DNA of 57,410 nt from Candidatus Woesearchaeota archaeon (GCA_964490795.1 CAZBDY010000004.1:1-57410); one strand, 5' to 3'. Positions 35,473 through 44,329 are shown, numbered from the stretch's first letter. Notes: a model not told the origin generated them from the sequence alone. A program made the numbers and translations.

Positions 35473-35934
35473 ATGTCAGAAATAAAACTTAGTATTAATA
35501 ATTCTCGAAAAGCATATCATTTAATTTATCTTATGATATTTATCCTTATAGCAGGGATGATTTTTTTTAGAATAAAAAATATTGAGATAAACAAAAGTGC
35601 CCAAATAGGAGTAATGATATTCTCATTAGGAGGGATTATTATAACTGAACTTCATAGATTAAGAGATACCTATCAAATAACTACTAATTTTGTTATTCAT
35701 TTACATGGTTTTTACAGAAAAGAAATAAAAAGAATTTCTTTAGAATCTATTAGTGATGTTGACTTAAATGTAAATTTTATACAAAGAACACTTTCTTATG
35801 GCAATGTTTATATTTATAGATATGGGGAAAAATTTGTCATGGAAATTAAAAACATTAATAAACCTCAAATGTTTATAGATTGTTTAGAGAAAATGACAAG
35901 TGAGAAAGTGAAAAGAGGGCTGGGAAATGGTTGA
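35473..35934 (+). CDS. Membrane protein with bacterial PH-like (bPH_2/DUF304-like) domain
   Basis: Two TM helices followed by 'YQITTNFVIHLHGFYRKEIKRISLESISDVDLNVNFIQRTLSYGNVYI'. Confidence 0.55.
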   Translation: MSEIKLSINNSRKAYHLIYLMIFILIAGMIFFRIKNIEINKSAQIGVMIFSLGGIIITELHRLRDTYQITTNFVIHLHGFYRKEIKRISLESISDVDLNVNFIQRTLSYGNVYIYRYGEKFVMEIKNINKPQMFIDCLEKMTSEKVKRGLGNG

Positions 35935-36610
35935 ATACTATAATACAAACAAAAAGAAAGGGTTTTTATCTAGACATAAGAAAAACATATTGATATTTTT
36001 AATATTCTTAGTTTTGTTCTTGCTTATTTTTTATCCTGCTTTATTTCCTACAAATACTACTGGAGGGGTAATTAGAGATTTAAATGAAAAAGGAATCATT
36101 ATTAATGCTAAAGTAAATCCTCCAGAATTAAACTTAGATGATTCATTTGAAAAAATTAGTATTTTGACTGCTCAAAATATATCTCTTGGTATGAAGGACC
36201 AAAAAATTAATATTCCAGAAAATTCTGAAATAATATTTGAAAACTTTAATGGAGAAATTAGTTTTGATAAGAGTAGTATAATAAAATTAAAGGGAAAATC
36301 TAAGAAAATTTCTGTAAATTCTATGCCTATTGAAAGTAATGTTGGTGCAAAATTAGATGTTTTTATTGATTCTAAATTTGATTTTGATATTTTAAATATG
36401 GAAAATATCTTTATTCCTGTTCTAAATTATCAAACCTCGGGATTAGTAAATCTGAATAATGACAGGACTGTTGTTAATGTGAAAAATGAGAGTGTATTAA
36501 TTGAAAATTATAGAGGAGACTTAAAAATTCAGAAAGAAAAACTTAACTTAGATGGAAAGCTTTCTAAAATTGATATTGCAGGAGAATCTAAGATAACTGC
36601 TTCAATATAG
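35927..36610 (+). CDS. Membrane-anchored hypothetical protein
   Basis: N-terminal TM 'ILIFLIFLVLFLLIFYPALF'. 8-nt overlap with the previous gene. Confidence 0.4.
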   Translation: MVEYYNTNKKKGFLSRHKKNILIFLIFLVLFLLIFYPALFPTNTTGGVIRDLNEKGIIINAKVNPPELNLDDSFEKISILTAQNISLGMKDQKINIPENSEIIFENFNGEISFDKSSIIKLKGKSKKISVNSMPIESNVGAKLDVFIDSKFDFDILNMENIFIPVLNYQTSGLVNLNNDRTVVNVKNESVLIENYRGDLKIQKEKLNLDGKLSKIDIAGESKITASI

Positions 36611-36812
36611 GAACATTTAAATATAAGTTCTTCTTAAGATATGTAAGTTAATCATAATAATTAACTTGAATCGAGGTGACACAAAATATTTTTTTAATTC
36701 TGGAATGTTTTCACGAGATGTTTCTATATTTATCAGATGAAAGGAGGTTGTAAATAAAATGGCAAAGAAAAAGTCTAAAAAGAAAAAGAAGAAATAATTT
36801 TTATAATGCTTT

Positions 36813-37046
36813 TTATTTTTTTCTCTTTTTCTTACTTGTTTTAGAAAAAATAAATATGTAAAGAAGAGGCAATATTCCTAAAGTATTTAAAACTAAGAGA
36901 ACAATAAACCATGCAAGATTTTTATTAATTGCTGATTTCCATAAAGCTATTCCTTTCCATACTAAACTCCATATTCCTAATATGATTATTAGAAAAACGA
37001 ATACTGGTTGGATGTTCATTGTTGCTATATTTAATATTAAACTCAT
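36813..37046 (-). CDS. Small 3-TM membrane protein with poly-Lys tail
   Basis: Hydrophobicity pattern only. Confidence 0.45.
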   Translation of the reverse strand: MSLILNIATMNIQPVFVFLIIILGIWSLVWKGIALWKSAINKNLAWFIVLLVLNTLGILPLLYIFIFSKTSKKKRKK

Positions 37047-37096
37047 ATTTATATAGGTAATAAAAGGTTTTTAAATATATATCTCTTTTCTTATAT

Positions 37097-37699
37097 ATGA
37101 AATTTTCAAAAAGAGAGATTAAAGATTTAGTTAAAGCTTGGTTTTTTATTTCTCTCGCTTTTTCTATATTATTTTCTGGGGGAATTAACTTGTTTCAAAA
37201 TCTGGAAATACATTTTTTTATTATTTTTGTAATATCAGGGTTAACAGTGGGTATATCTTTTCTTATTCACGAAATTTTACATAAATATATGGCTTTAAGA
37301 TATGGGTATAAAGCTGAATTTCGTTCATTTGATAAAATGTTGTATTTATCTTTAGTTATGAGTTTATTTGGATTTATTATTGCCGCTCCTGGCGCTGTTA
37401 TGATTAAGGCAGTCAAAATCTCAAGAGAAAAAAATGGAAAAATATCTTTATCTGGACCTTTATCTAATTTAGTTTTAGCGTTATTATTTTTAATTCCTTT
37501 TCTATTATTTTCTGGAGGATTGTTAGGGACATTTTTTAGAATAGGCTTTTTGATTAACTCCTTATTAGCTGCGTTTAATTTACTACCTATTCCTGGATTT
37601 GATGGAAAAAAAGTTTATGACTGGAATAAGTCAGTTTATAGCATAGTTATAAGTTTAGCAGGCATATTGTTTTTTACAAGTATGGTGGTTGGTTTTTAA
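37097..37699 (+). CDS. M50 (site-2 protease) family metalloprotease
   Basis: 'HEILHKYMA' (HExxH) in a TM helix and 'AAFNLLPIPGFDGKKV' (NxxPxxxxDG). Confidence 0.7.
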   Translation: MKFSKREIKDLVKAWFFISLAFSILFSGGINLFQNLEIHFFIIFVISGLTVGISFLIHEILHKYMALRYGYKAEFRSFDKMLYLSLVMSLFGFIIAAPGAVMIKAVKISREKNGKISLSGPLSNLVLALLFLIPFLLFSGGLLGTFFRIGFLINSLLAAFNLLPIPGFDGKKVYDWNKSVYSIVISLAGILFFTSMVVGF

Positions 37700-37796
37700 T
37701 TGAATTTTAAAACATATATTGTGATATATATTTTGTAAAATAATGTTCTCTTTAACAAAAATATTTATAAAGAGCACTTTACTAAAATATAGACAT

Positions 37797-37812
37797 CCAC
37801 AATTTATTGTGG
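37797..37812 (+). promoter_or_regulatory. Candidate NrdR box 1 (CCACAATTTATTGTGG)
   Basis: 16-bp palindrome (7-bp arms). Matches about 13/16 positions of the remembered bacterial NrdR-box consensus acaCwAtATaTwGtgt. Confidence 0.6.
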
Positions 37813-37827
37813 TTTTCAGTGGTTTTA

Positions 37828-37843
37828 ATACAACATATTGTAT
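37828..37843 (+). promoter_or_regulatory. Candidate NrdR box 2 (ATACAACATATTGTAT)
   Basis: 16-bp palindrome. Centre is 31 bp from box 1. Abuts the TATA-like 'ttaaataaaaa' (about 37850), which is 21-28 nt upstream of the nrdR ATG. Confidence 0.6.
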
Positions 37844-37877
37844 TAACTCTTAAATAAAAACAAAAAAGGTAAAATAG

Positions 37878-38318
37878 ATGAAATGTCCTTTTTGCAATCA
37901 TGAAGAGACAAAAGTTACTGATAAAAGAGATGATAGTTCAGAAGGGACAACACGAAGAAGGAGAGAGTGTTTAAAATGTGGCAATCGATTCACCACATAT
38001 GAAAGGCCAGAAATTTTATTGACCATAGTAAAAAAAGATAATTCAAGAGAAGATTATTCAAGAGACAAACTAAAGCAAGGAATAGTAAAGGCTTGTGAAA
38101 AACGTCCTGTTTCAAGAGAGAAAATAGAAAAAATTATTGGACTCATTGAGAGAAAATTAAGAAAAAAAGGAAATGAAGTTCAAAGTAAAATAATAGGAAA
38201 AGAGGTTATGAAAATGTTGAAAAAAACAGATAAAATTGCATATATAAGATTTGCCTCTGTTTATAAAGATTTTAAGGATATCAAGGATTTTAAAAAAACT
38301 TTAAAAGAGTTAAAATAA
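37878..38318 (+). CDS. nrdR: Transcriptional repressor NrdR (Zn ribbon + ATP-cone)
   Basis: 'MKCPFCNHEETKVTDKR...RRRRECLKCGNRFTTYER', then an ATP-cone ('VKKDNSREDYSRDKL'). Confidence 0.9.
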   Translation: MKCPFCNHEETKVTDKRDDSSEGTTRRRRECLKCGNRFTTYERPEILLTIVKKDNSREDYSRDKLKQGIVKACEKRPVSREKIEKIIGLIERKLRKKGNEVQSKIIGKEVMKMLKKTDKIAYIRFASVYKDFKDIKDFKKTLKELK

Positions 38319-38319
38319 A

Positions 38320-41300
38320 ATGGTTAAATTTATTAAAAAAAGAGATGGGAAAATAGATAGGTTTGATAATGATAGAATTGAAAAAGCAATTTCAAAAGCT
38401 GCTTCTTCTGTTGGATATAGTGAAGAAAAAACAAAAAAAATTATTGATTTAGTAACTGATAAAGTTAATAAAAAATATGTAAAAGATATTCCTTCAATTG
38501 AAGATATTGAAAGCATTATTTTAAGAACATTAGAAGAAAAAGGATATAATACTATTTTAAAATCTTATAAAGATTATAGAGATAAAAGAAGAGAGGCAAG
38601 AAGAGTTTTAGCTATTGCTACTAAAGATAAACAAAAAAACACAACAGATAAGGCATTATTAATTGAGTCAGATTCAAAAGAAATTATTGGAGGATGGGAT
38701 AGAAAAAGAGTAGAAAATAATCTTGTTGAAGAAGCTGATTTAACAAGAGATCTTGCAAGAGATATAGCAAAACTTGTTGAAAATATTGTTATTGATATGT
38801 ATTTAAGAGGAGTAAGAAGAATTTCAACAACTGATATAAGAGCAATTGTTGATTTGGTTTTAAGACAAGAAGGATTAGAAAGTCAGAGAAGAAAACAGGC
38901 TCTTCTTGGATTTCCTTCATCTGATTTTGATAATATTCTTATTTCAAGAAGTTTAGAAAATAGTAATGTATCTTCAAACAATCCTGAAGCAGTAAATCTT
39001 GAAACAGCAGAGAGAATACAAAAGCAGTATTCTTTAGAAAGGGTTTTTTCTTCAGAAGTTTCTGAAGCCCATTTAAAAGGAGATATTCATATTCATGATT
39101 TAGGTTATCCTGCCAGAGTCTATTGTTCTTCTCACTCTCTTGAATATATTAAAAAATATGGATTAAATAAAGTTTTAGCAAATTTAGAATCAAAATCAAA
39201 TCCTCCTAATTCTGCTGCTGTATTAAATCAACATGTTCAGACATTTCTTGCTTCAATGCAGGCTCATTATGCTGGGGCACTTGGTTTTGGTTTTTTAAAT
39301 ATATTATATTCCCCTTTAATTAATCGTCCTGTTGAAGTTTGGGAAATTGAATTAAATTCAAAAAAAATGGAGTTTGAAAAAAGAGATTTAGAAAAATTAA
39401 TTGAACAAAGAGTAATTAAAAGTGAAGACATTAAAATAATATCAAAGTCATTTAAATTAAAAGAAATCTCAAAAAGGGAAATGCTTCAGATAGCCCAAAA
39501 TCTAATATTTGCTGCCTCTCAAAATGCGTTTTCAAGAGGAGGGCAGACATTATTTATTGATTTTAATATTCATGCTGGTGTTCCAAAATATATGAAAAAT
39601 GTTCCTGCAATAGGACCAAAAGGGAAATATATGGTTATGAAAAAAGATAAAACAGTTTGTTTAGTTGATGAAGTTCCAAGATACTATAATCCTAAAAATA
39701 AAGATGATCCTAAAAATGGTGATGCGGCCTCTTTTTTACTAAAAGAGGATTTAAAAAATGGAAATATAATTACTTATGGAGATTTAGAAGAAACTAGTCA
39801 AAAATTTGCAATGGCTTTATTAGAGGTTTGGAGAAGAGGAGATAAAAATGGAAGGCCTTTTCATTTTCCTAAATGTGACTTGCATGTTGATGAAGATTCT
39901 TTTTCAGATAAAAAGCAAAGAGAGGTTCTTGATTTTGCTTTTGAAGTAACAAAGGAAAATGGTGCTGTTTACTTTATGTTTGACCGAGGGAATGATGCTG
40001 TTCTTGCACAATGTTGCAGATTAAAAGAAAAAATAGAAGATTCTTCAATGTTAAAATATCCTGAAAAATTAAGATTTTGCGGTTTTCAAAATGTCTCAAT
40101 TAACCTCACTCATGCAGCTTTTAAAGGAGGAGATATAACAGGATTAAAAGAAAATATTGAGAAAGCAATGAATTTCGCATTAAAAGCCCATCTTCAAAAA
40201 TCAAAATTTATGAAAAAACTTTTAGAGACAGATGGAAGTCCAATGAGAGGGTTAGGTAAGGAAAGCGATGATGGGAATCCTTATATTGATTTAAAAAAAG
40301 CCACATATATTATTGGAACTATTGGCTTAAATGAAGCTGTTCAAGTTTTATGTGACGAACAATTGCATGAGTCAGAAGCAGCTTATAGACTGGGGTTAGA
40401 AATAATTTCTTTTGTTTATAAAAAAATAAAAGAATTTGCAAAAAAAACAGGATTAAAATTTACGATTGAAGAAACACCTGCTGAATCTGCAACAAGAAGA
40501 CTTGCAAAAGTTGATTTATCTGGATTTGAACAAGCAGAAAATATAATCAAAGGAACAAAAGAAAATCCTTATTATACAAACTCAATTCATTTTTCTCCTG
40601 ATGCTCCTGTTGGTTTAATTGACAGAATTGTTGGGCAGAGTAATTTTCATGAACTAATTGAGTCAGGAGCAATAATTCATGCTTATCTTGGAGAGAAACG
40701 TCCTAATAAAGATTCTATAAGTCATATAGTTGAAAAAACACTAAAAGACACAAGATGTGCACAGCTTGTATTTTCTCCTACTTATACTGAGTGTGATGTT
40801 TGTGGAAATACTATGAATGGAGACAAAAAACTATGCGATAATTTAGATTGTCCTAATTCAAAACAAGAAACAGTTGATGTAAAAACATTATTTGCAGTTA
40901 CAAGAGTTGTAGGATATTATTCAAGAGTAAGTCACTGGAATGGTTCTCAAAAACAAATATTTGAAGACAGAAAAAATGCAGAAGAGTATTATGCTGGATT
41001 AAAAACAGGGGAAATGTCCTGGCTTCACAACCCAAAAGGAAATGGTAAATTAATAATAAGAGAATTTGCAAAAACAGATTGTCCCAACTGCAGATTATTA
41101 GAAAAACAAATAAAAGAAAAAATAAATTCTCTTGGATTAAATGAAAAAGTTGATTTAAAAATAATCCATTTAGATGACTCTGATGAAAAATCACTTTCAG
41201 AAGCAGCACTATATGGAGTTCCTTTTGATTCTGTTCCAAGCTTAGTTATTGCTGGAAAAAAACAACATTGGAAAAAAACAACTGAATATGGGGCTGATGA

Positions 41301-41415
41301 AAAATGTGAAAAGGGCGTTTGTTCTGTTAATCCTGTTTTAAATGAAAAAACAGAATTAATTAGTCCTGAAGAAGTTGAACTAAAAATAAAGGATTTATAT
41401 TCTGAATTTGAATAA
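38320..41415 (+). CDS. nrdD: Anaerobic (class III) ribonucleoside-triphosphate reductase with N-terminal ATP-cone and extra C-terminal thioredoxin-fold domain
   Basis: ATP-cone 'FIKKRDGKIDRFDNDRI'. Zn site 'CDVCGN...CDNLDCPN'. Glycyl-radical motif 'TRVVGYYSRV' (Gly865, nt 40912-40914). The C-terminal ~135 aa carry 'CPNC' and 'SVPSLVI'. Confidence 0.9.
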   Translation: MVKFIKKRDGKIDRFDNDRIEKAISKAASSVGYSEEKTKKIIDLVTDKVNKKYVKDIPSIEDIESIILRTLEEKGYNTILKSYKDYRDKRREARRVLAIATKDKQKNTTDKALLIESDSKEIIGGWDRKRVENNLVEEADLTRDLARDIAKLVENIVIDMYLRGVRRISTTDIRAIVDLVLRQEGLESQRRKQALLGFPSSDFDNILISRSLENSNVSSNNPEAVNLETAERIQKQYSLERVFSSEVSEAHLKGDIHIHDLGYPARVYCSSHSLEYIKKYGLNKVLANLESKSNPPNSAAVLNQHVQTFLASMQAHYAGALGFGFLNILYSPLINRPVEVWEIELNSKKMEFEKRDLEKLIEQRVIKSEDIKIISKSFKLKEISKREMLQIAQNLIFAASQNAFSRGGQTLFIDFNIHAGVPKYMKNVPAIGPKGKYMVMKKDKTVCLVDEVPRYYNPKNKDDPKNGDAASFLLKEDLKNGNIITYGDLEETSQKFAMALLEVWRRGDKNGRPFHFPKCDLHVDEDSFSDKKQREVLDFAFEVTKENGAVYFMFDRGNDAVLAQCCRLKEKIEDSSMLKYPEKLRFCGFQNVSINLTHAAFKGGDITGLKENIEKAMNFALKAHLQKSKFMKKLLETDGSPMRGLGKESDDGNPYIDLKKATYIIGTIGLNEAVQVLCDEQLHESEAAYRLGLEIISFVYKKIKEFAKKTGLKFTIEETPAESATRRLAKVDLSGFEQAENIIKGTKENPYYTNSIHFSPDAPVGLIDRIVGQSNFHELIESGAIIHAYLGEKRPNKDSISHIVEKTLKDTRCAQLVFSPTYTECDVCGNTMNGDKKLCDNLDCPNSKQETVDVKTLFAVTRVVGYYSRVSHWNGSQKQIFEDRKNAEEYYAGLKTGEMSWLHNPKGNGKLIIREFAKTDCPNCRLLEKQIKEKINSLGLNEKVDLKIIHLDDSDEKSLSEAALYGVPFDSVPSLVIAGKKQHWKKTTEYGADEKCEKGVCSVNPVLNEKTELISPEEVELKIKDLYSEFE

Positions 41416-42163
41416 AATGATTATTAAAAAAATAATACCTGAAAGTAGTATTGACTATAAAGGAGAGTATGGACCTGTAATGTTTTTACAAGGATGTAAC
41501 TTTAGATGTGGTTTTTGTCATAATGCAGACTTAACTGAAAATCAAGGAAATTTAAGTTTAAAAGAAATTGAAAATCTTGATATAAAAGATATGAAGATAA
41601 AATCTAAAAATAAGTGGTATACTGGAATTACTATAACTGGGGGAGAACCACTTATACATAAAAATATTGTTTTTTTATTAAAAAAATTAAAATTAACAGG
41701 ATTAAAAATAAAACTAGATACAAACGGAAGTAATCCTGGCTTATTAAAAAAAGTAATTGATATGAATTTAGTAAATTATGTTGCTCTTGATATTAAATGT
41801 CCAAAAAAAATGTATAAGGAAGTTGCTGGAGTTAATATTGATTTAACTAATATAGAAAAAACAATTAAAATTTTATGTTCATCTAATGTTGATTTTGAGT
41901 TTAGGACAACTTTAATTCCTGTTGTTAAAGAAAAGAGATGGTTAAATGAAAAAGAAATCAAAGATATGGTTAAATGGGTTTATTCTCTATGTAAAAAAGG
42001 AAATTGGTGTTTGCAAGAATTTGTTTCAAGAAGTAAAAATGAAATTTTAAGTGAAGATTATTCTGAGGAATTACTTCCAGGTAAATTAAAACAAACACCA
42101 GAAGATTTATTAATACAAACAAAAAATATAATTAAAGAGAAATTTAATTGTGAGATTGTGTAA
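41408..42163 (+). CDS. nrdG: Anaerobic RNR activating radical SAM enzyme
   Basis: 'GCNFRCGFCHN' (CxxxCxxC), 'GITITGGEPL'. Confidence 0.85.
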   Translation: MNKMIIKKIIPESSIDYKGEYGPVMFLQGCNFRCGFCHNADLTENQGNLSLKEIENLDIKDMKIKSKNKWYTGITITGGEPLIHKNIVFLLKKLKLTGLKIKLDTNGSNPGLLKKVIDMNLVNYVALDIKCPKKMYKEVAGVNIDLTNIEKTIKILCSSNVDFEFRTTLIPVVKEKRWLNEKEIKDMVKWVYSLCKKGNWCLQEFVSRSKNEILSEDYSEELLPGKLKQTPEDLLIQTKNIIKEKFNCEIV

Positions 42164-42585
42164 TGAAAATAAAAATTAAAAAAATCCATCAAGATGCAAT
42201 AATTCCTAAGTACTCTCATAAAGGGGATGCTGGAATGGATATTTATTCTATAGAAGATATAATTTTAGAATCAGGACAAAGAAAAATGATTAAGACAGGG
42301 ATAAGTATGGAGATTCCAGAAGGATATGTTGCTCTTGTATGGGACAAATCTGGATTAGCTGGAAAAAAAGGAATAAAAACAATGGCAGGGGTTATAGATT
42401 GTCATTACAGAGGAGAATATACTATTGTTTTGCTAAACACAAGTAAAGAAAAATATGAAATTAAAAAAGGAGATAAAATATGCCAGATATTAATTCAAAA
42501 GGTTGAATCTCCTGAAATTGAACAAGTTAGTGAATTATCTGAAACAAAAAGAGGAGAAGGAGGATTTGGTTCAACAGGTAGATAA
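42163..42585 (+). CDS. dut: Trimeric dUTP diphosphatase
   Basis: 'GDAGMDIY', 'GVIDCHYRGE', C-terminal 'RGEGGFGSTG'. Confidence 0.9.
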   Translation: MKIKIKKIHQDAIIPKYSHKGDAGMDIYSIEDIILESGQRKMIKTGISMEIPEGYVALVWDKSGLAGKKGIKTMAGVIDCHYRGEYTIVLLNTSKEKYEIKKGDKICQILIQKVESPEIEQVSELSETKRGEGGFGSTGR

Positions 42586-42643
42586 AACAAAAAGTTTATA
42601 AGTGCTTAATTCTGGAAAAAATAATGGTGATAAGGGCTAAAAA

Positions 42644-44329
42644 ATGTCAGTTAAAAATGGAGTTGAGGAGATTTCAGAAAAAAAGTTTAATGAAATTATT
42701 TCTAAAGATTTAGTTGTTGTTGATTTTTTTGCAGAATGGTGTTTAGAGCCAAATACAAAAGTTATATTCAATCCAGGTTCTGATAATATTAAAAAAGCAA
42801 GACAGGGATTGAAAGTTTTATCTTTTGATAAAAATTTTAGAGAATCTTATGCCAATATTAAATCCTCCCATAACATTATACATAATAAAAAAATCAAAAT
42901 AACCACAAAACGTGGAAGAGAAATAATATGCACTCCAGAACATTTAATACACACTAAAAAAGGTTTTTTAAAAGCCGGGGATATAACTGGGGGGGATTTA
43001 TTATCAGTTTACTTATTCTCAACATATCCTCTTATTAATAACGACAAGAGATTGTTTTTAAGTGAACCTGATATCAAAAAAACTGCAGAAAAGTTAAAAC
43101 TTAATAAAAAAAGATTTATAGAAGAATTAAAATCAAAAAATCTTTTAAATCTTAGGTATAATAATGAAAAGTCTTATGTATTGGCAAACTTGCTTGGGCT
43201 TCTGCTATCTGATGGCTCATTATCTAGATGTAAGAACAATGAAAGAATGGTAGAATTTTTTGTAGACAAAGAATCTGGAAAAGAAGTAATAAAAGATTTA
43301 AAATTTTTAGGATTTGATAGTAGTCTAAGGGAACAGGAAATTGAAGGAAAAATTGGAGAGAGAGTTTTTACTCAAAAAATTACAAGGGTTAGAGTATCTA
43401 AAACATCTCTTTTTATTTTATTTGCTTCTCTTGGAGCAATTATAGGGAAAAAATTTGAATCAGGTTTGGATATCCCTAATTGGATTTTAAATGGTCCAAA
43501 AGGAATAAAAAAGGCATTTTTACAGGGTTTTCTGGGAGGTGATGGACCAAAAATAACAATAGACACAATTAAAAGAAAAAAATGGAAATCATATGATAAA
43601 CAGAATATAAATCCCTTAGAACTTCATTTTTCTAAAAATGCAAAATATAAACCTAGAAATTTTGCTGAAAAATTTTCCAAAGTTATAAATGAATTTGGGG
43701 TAAATATAAGAAAAATAGAAATTAAAAAAGAAAATAGGTATATTAGAAAAGATAAAAAAATTTCTATATTATTGAAAATTTACTTTAATACGGATATTAA
43801 ATCTTCACATGCTTATGCATCTATTGGTTTTAAATATTGTAGTAAAAAGAAAAAAAGTTCTGGATTGGCCAGGGAATTTTTAAAAGAAAAGATAGAAAAT
43901 CTGAAAAAAAACCCTGTAAGTAGTTTTATTCCATATAAAGAATGGCTGAAAAATTATGCTGACAAAAATAACAAAATTATATTTGATAAAGTGGAAAAAA
44001 TTAATAGGGAGAAAAATAGAAATTCTTCTTTTATTTCTTTATCTTTAGATAATGATACAAAAATGTTTGTTGCAAATGATATCATTCAGCATAATTGCAT
44101 GCCTTGTATTATGATGTCTCCTGTTATAGAAGAAATGGCTGAAAAATTTAAAGGTAAAATAGAATTTGCCAAAGTTAATATTGATGATAATCCAGAGTTA
44201 GCTAAAAAGTTTAATGTTATGTCGATCCCTACTTTAGTGATATTTAAAAAAGGTAAAGAAAATAAGAGAATTAATGGGGCAGTTCAGCAAGAACAATTAG
44301 AAGAAAAATTATCTAATCTTGTTAAGTAA
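42644..44329 (+). CDS. trxA: Thioredoxin precursor interrupted by an intein at the CxxC active site
   Basis: Exteins 'VVVDFFAEW' + 'CMPCIMMSPVIEEM...MSIPTLVIFKKGK' join to a 109-aa Trx with WCMPC and a cis-Pro. Confidence 0.85.
   Translation: MSVKNGVEEISEKKFNEIISKDLVVVDFFAEWCLEPNTKVIFNPGSDNIKKARQGLKVLSFDKNFRESYANIKSSHNIIHNKKIKITTKRGREIICTPEHLIHTKKGFLKAGDITGGDLLSVYLFSTYPLINNDKRLFLSEPDIKKTAEKLKLNKKRFIEELKSKNLLNLRYNNEKSYVLANLLGLLLSDGSLSRCKNNERMVEFFVDKESGKEVIKDLKFLGFDSSLREQEIEGKIGERVFTQKITRVRVSKTSLFILFASLGAIIGKKFESGLDIPNWILNGPKGIKKAFLQGFLGGDGPKITIDTIKRKKWKSYDKQNINPLELHFSKNAKYKPRNFAEKFSKVINEFGVNIRKIEIKKENRYIRKDKKISILLKIYFNTDIKSSHAYASIGFKYCSKKKKSSGLAREFLKEKIENLKKNPVSSFIPYKEWLKNYADKNNKIIFDKVEKINREKNRNSSFISLSLDNDTKMFVANDIIQHNCMPCIMMSPVIEEMAEKFKGKIEFAKVNIDDNPELAKKFNVMSIPTLVIFKKGKENKRINGAVQQEQLEEKLSNLVK
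42740..44095 (+). mobile_element. Intein (452 aa) with LAGLIDADG homing-endonuclease domain
   Basis: Cys1 'CLEPNTKVIF', block B 'ICTPEH' (TxxH), LAGLIDADG motifs 'LANLLGLLLSDGSL' and 'FLQGFLGGDGPK', and C-terminal 'VANDIIQHN' followed by +1 Cys. Confidence 0.8.

Noticed and set aside
36759-36797. 12-codon ORF MAKKKSKKKKKK preceded by 'aaaggagg'.
   Set aside because: The SD-to-ATG spacing of 11 nt is longer than for the convincing SD-led genes. The sequence is just an A-rich tract that also forms the 3' region of the convergent gene. It is too short and simple to call and resembles no ribosomal micro-protein I know.
37711-37730. Possible third NrdR box ('aacatatattgtgatatata').
   Set aside because: Only a half-site-like match, not a clean 16-bp palindrome. 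Such AT-rich near-palindromes are expected by chance here.
38310-38516. Track ORF 38310-38516 and further shadow ORFs: 40898-41239, 41776-41961, 43372-43566, 47137-47328, 47717-47959, 48104-48322, 48482-48712, 52411-52617 and 57114-57356.
   Set aside because: Antisense to nrdD, nrdG, the intein, rpoB, nusA and pyrE. No independent support.
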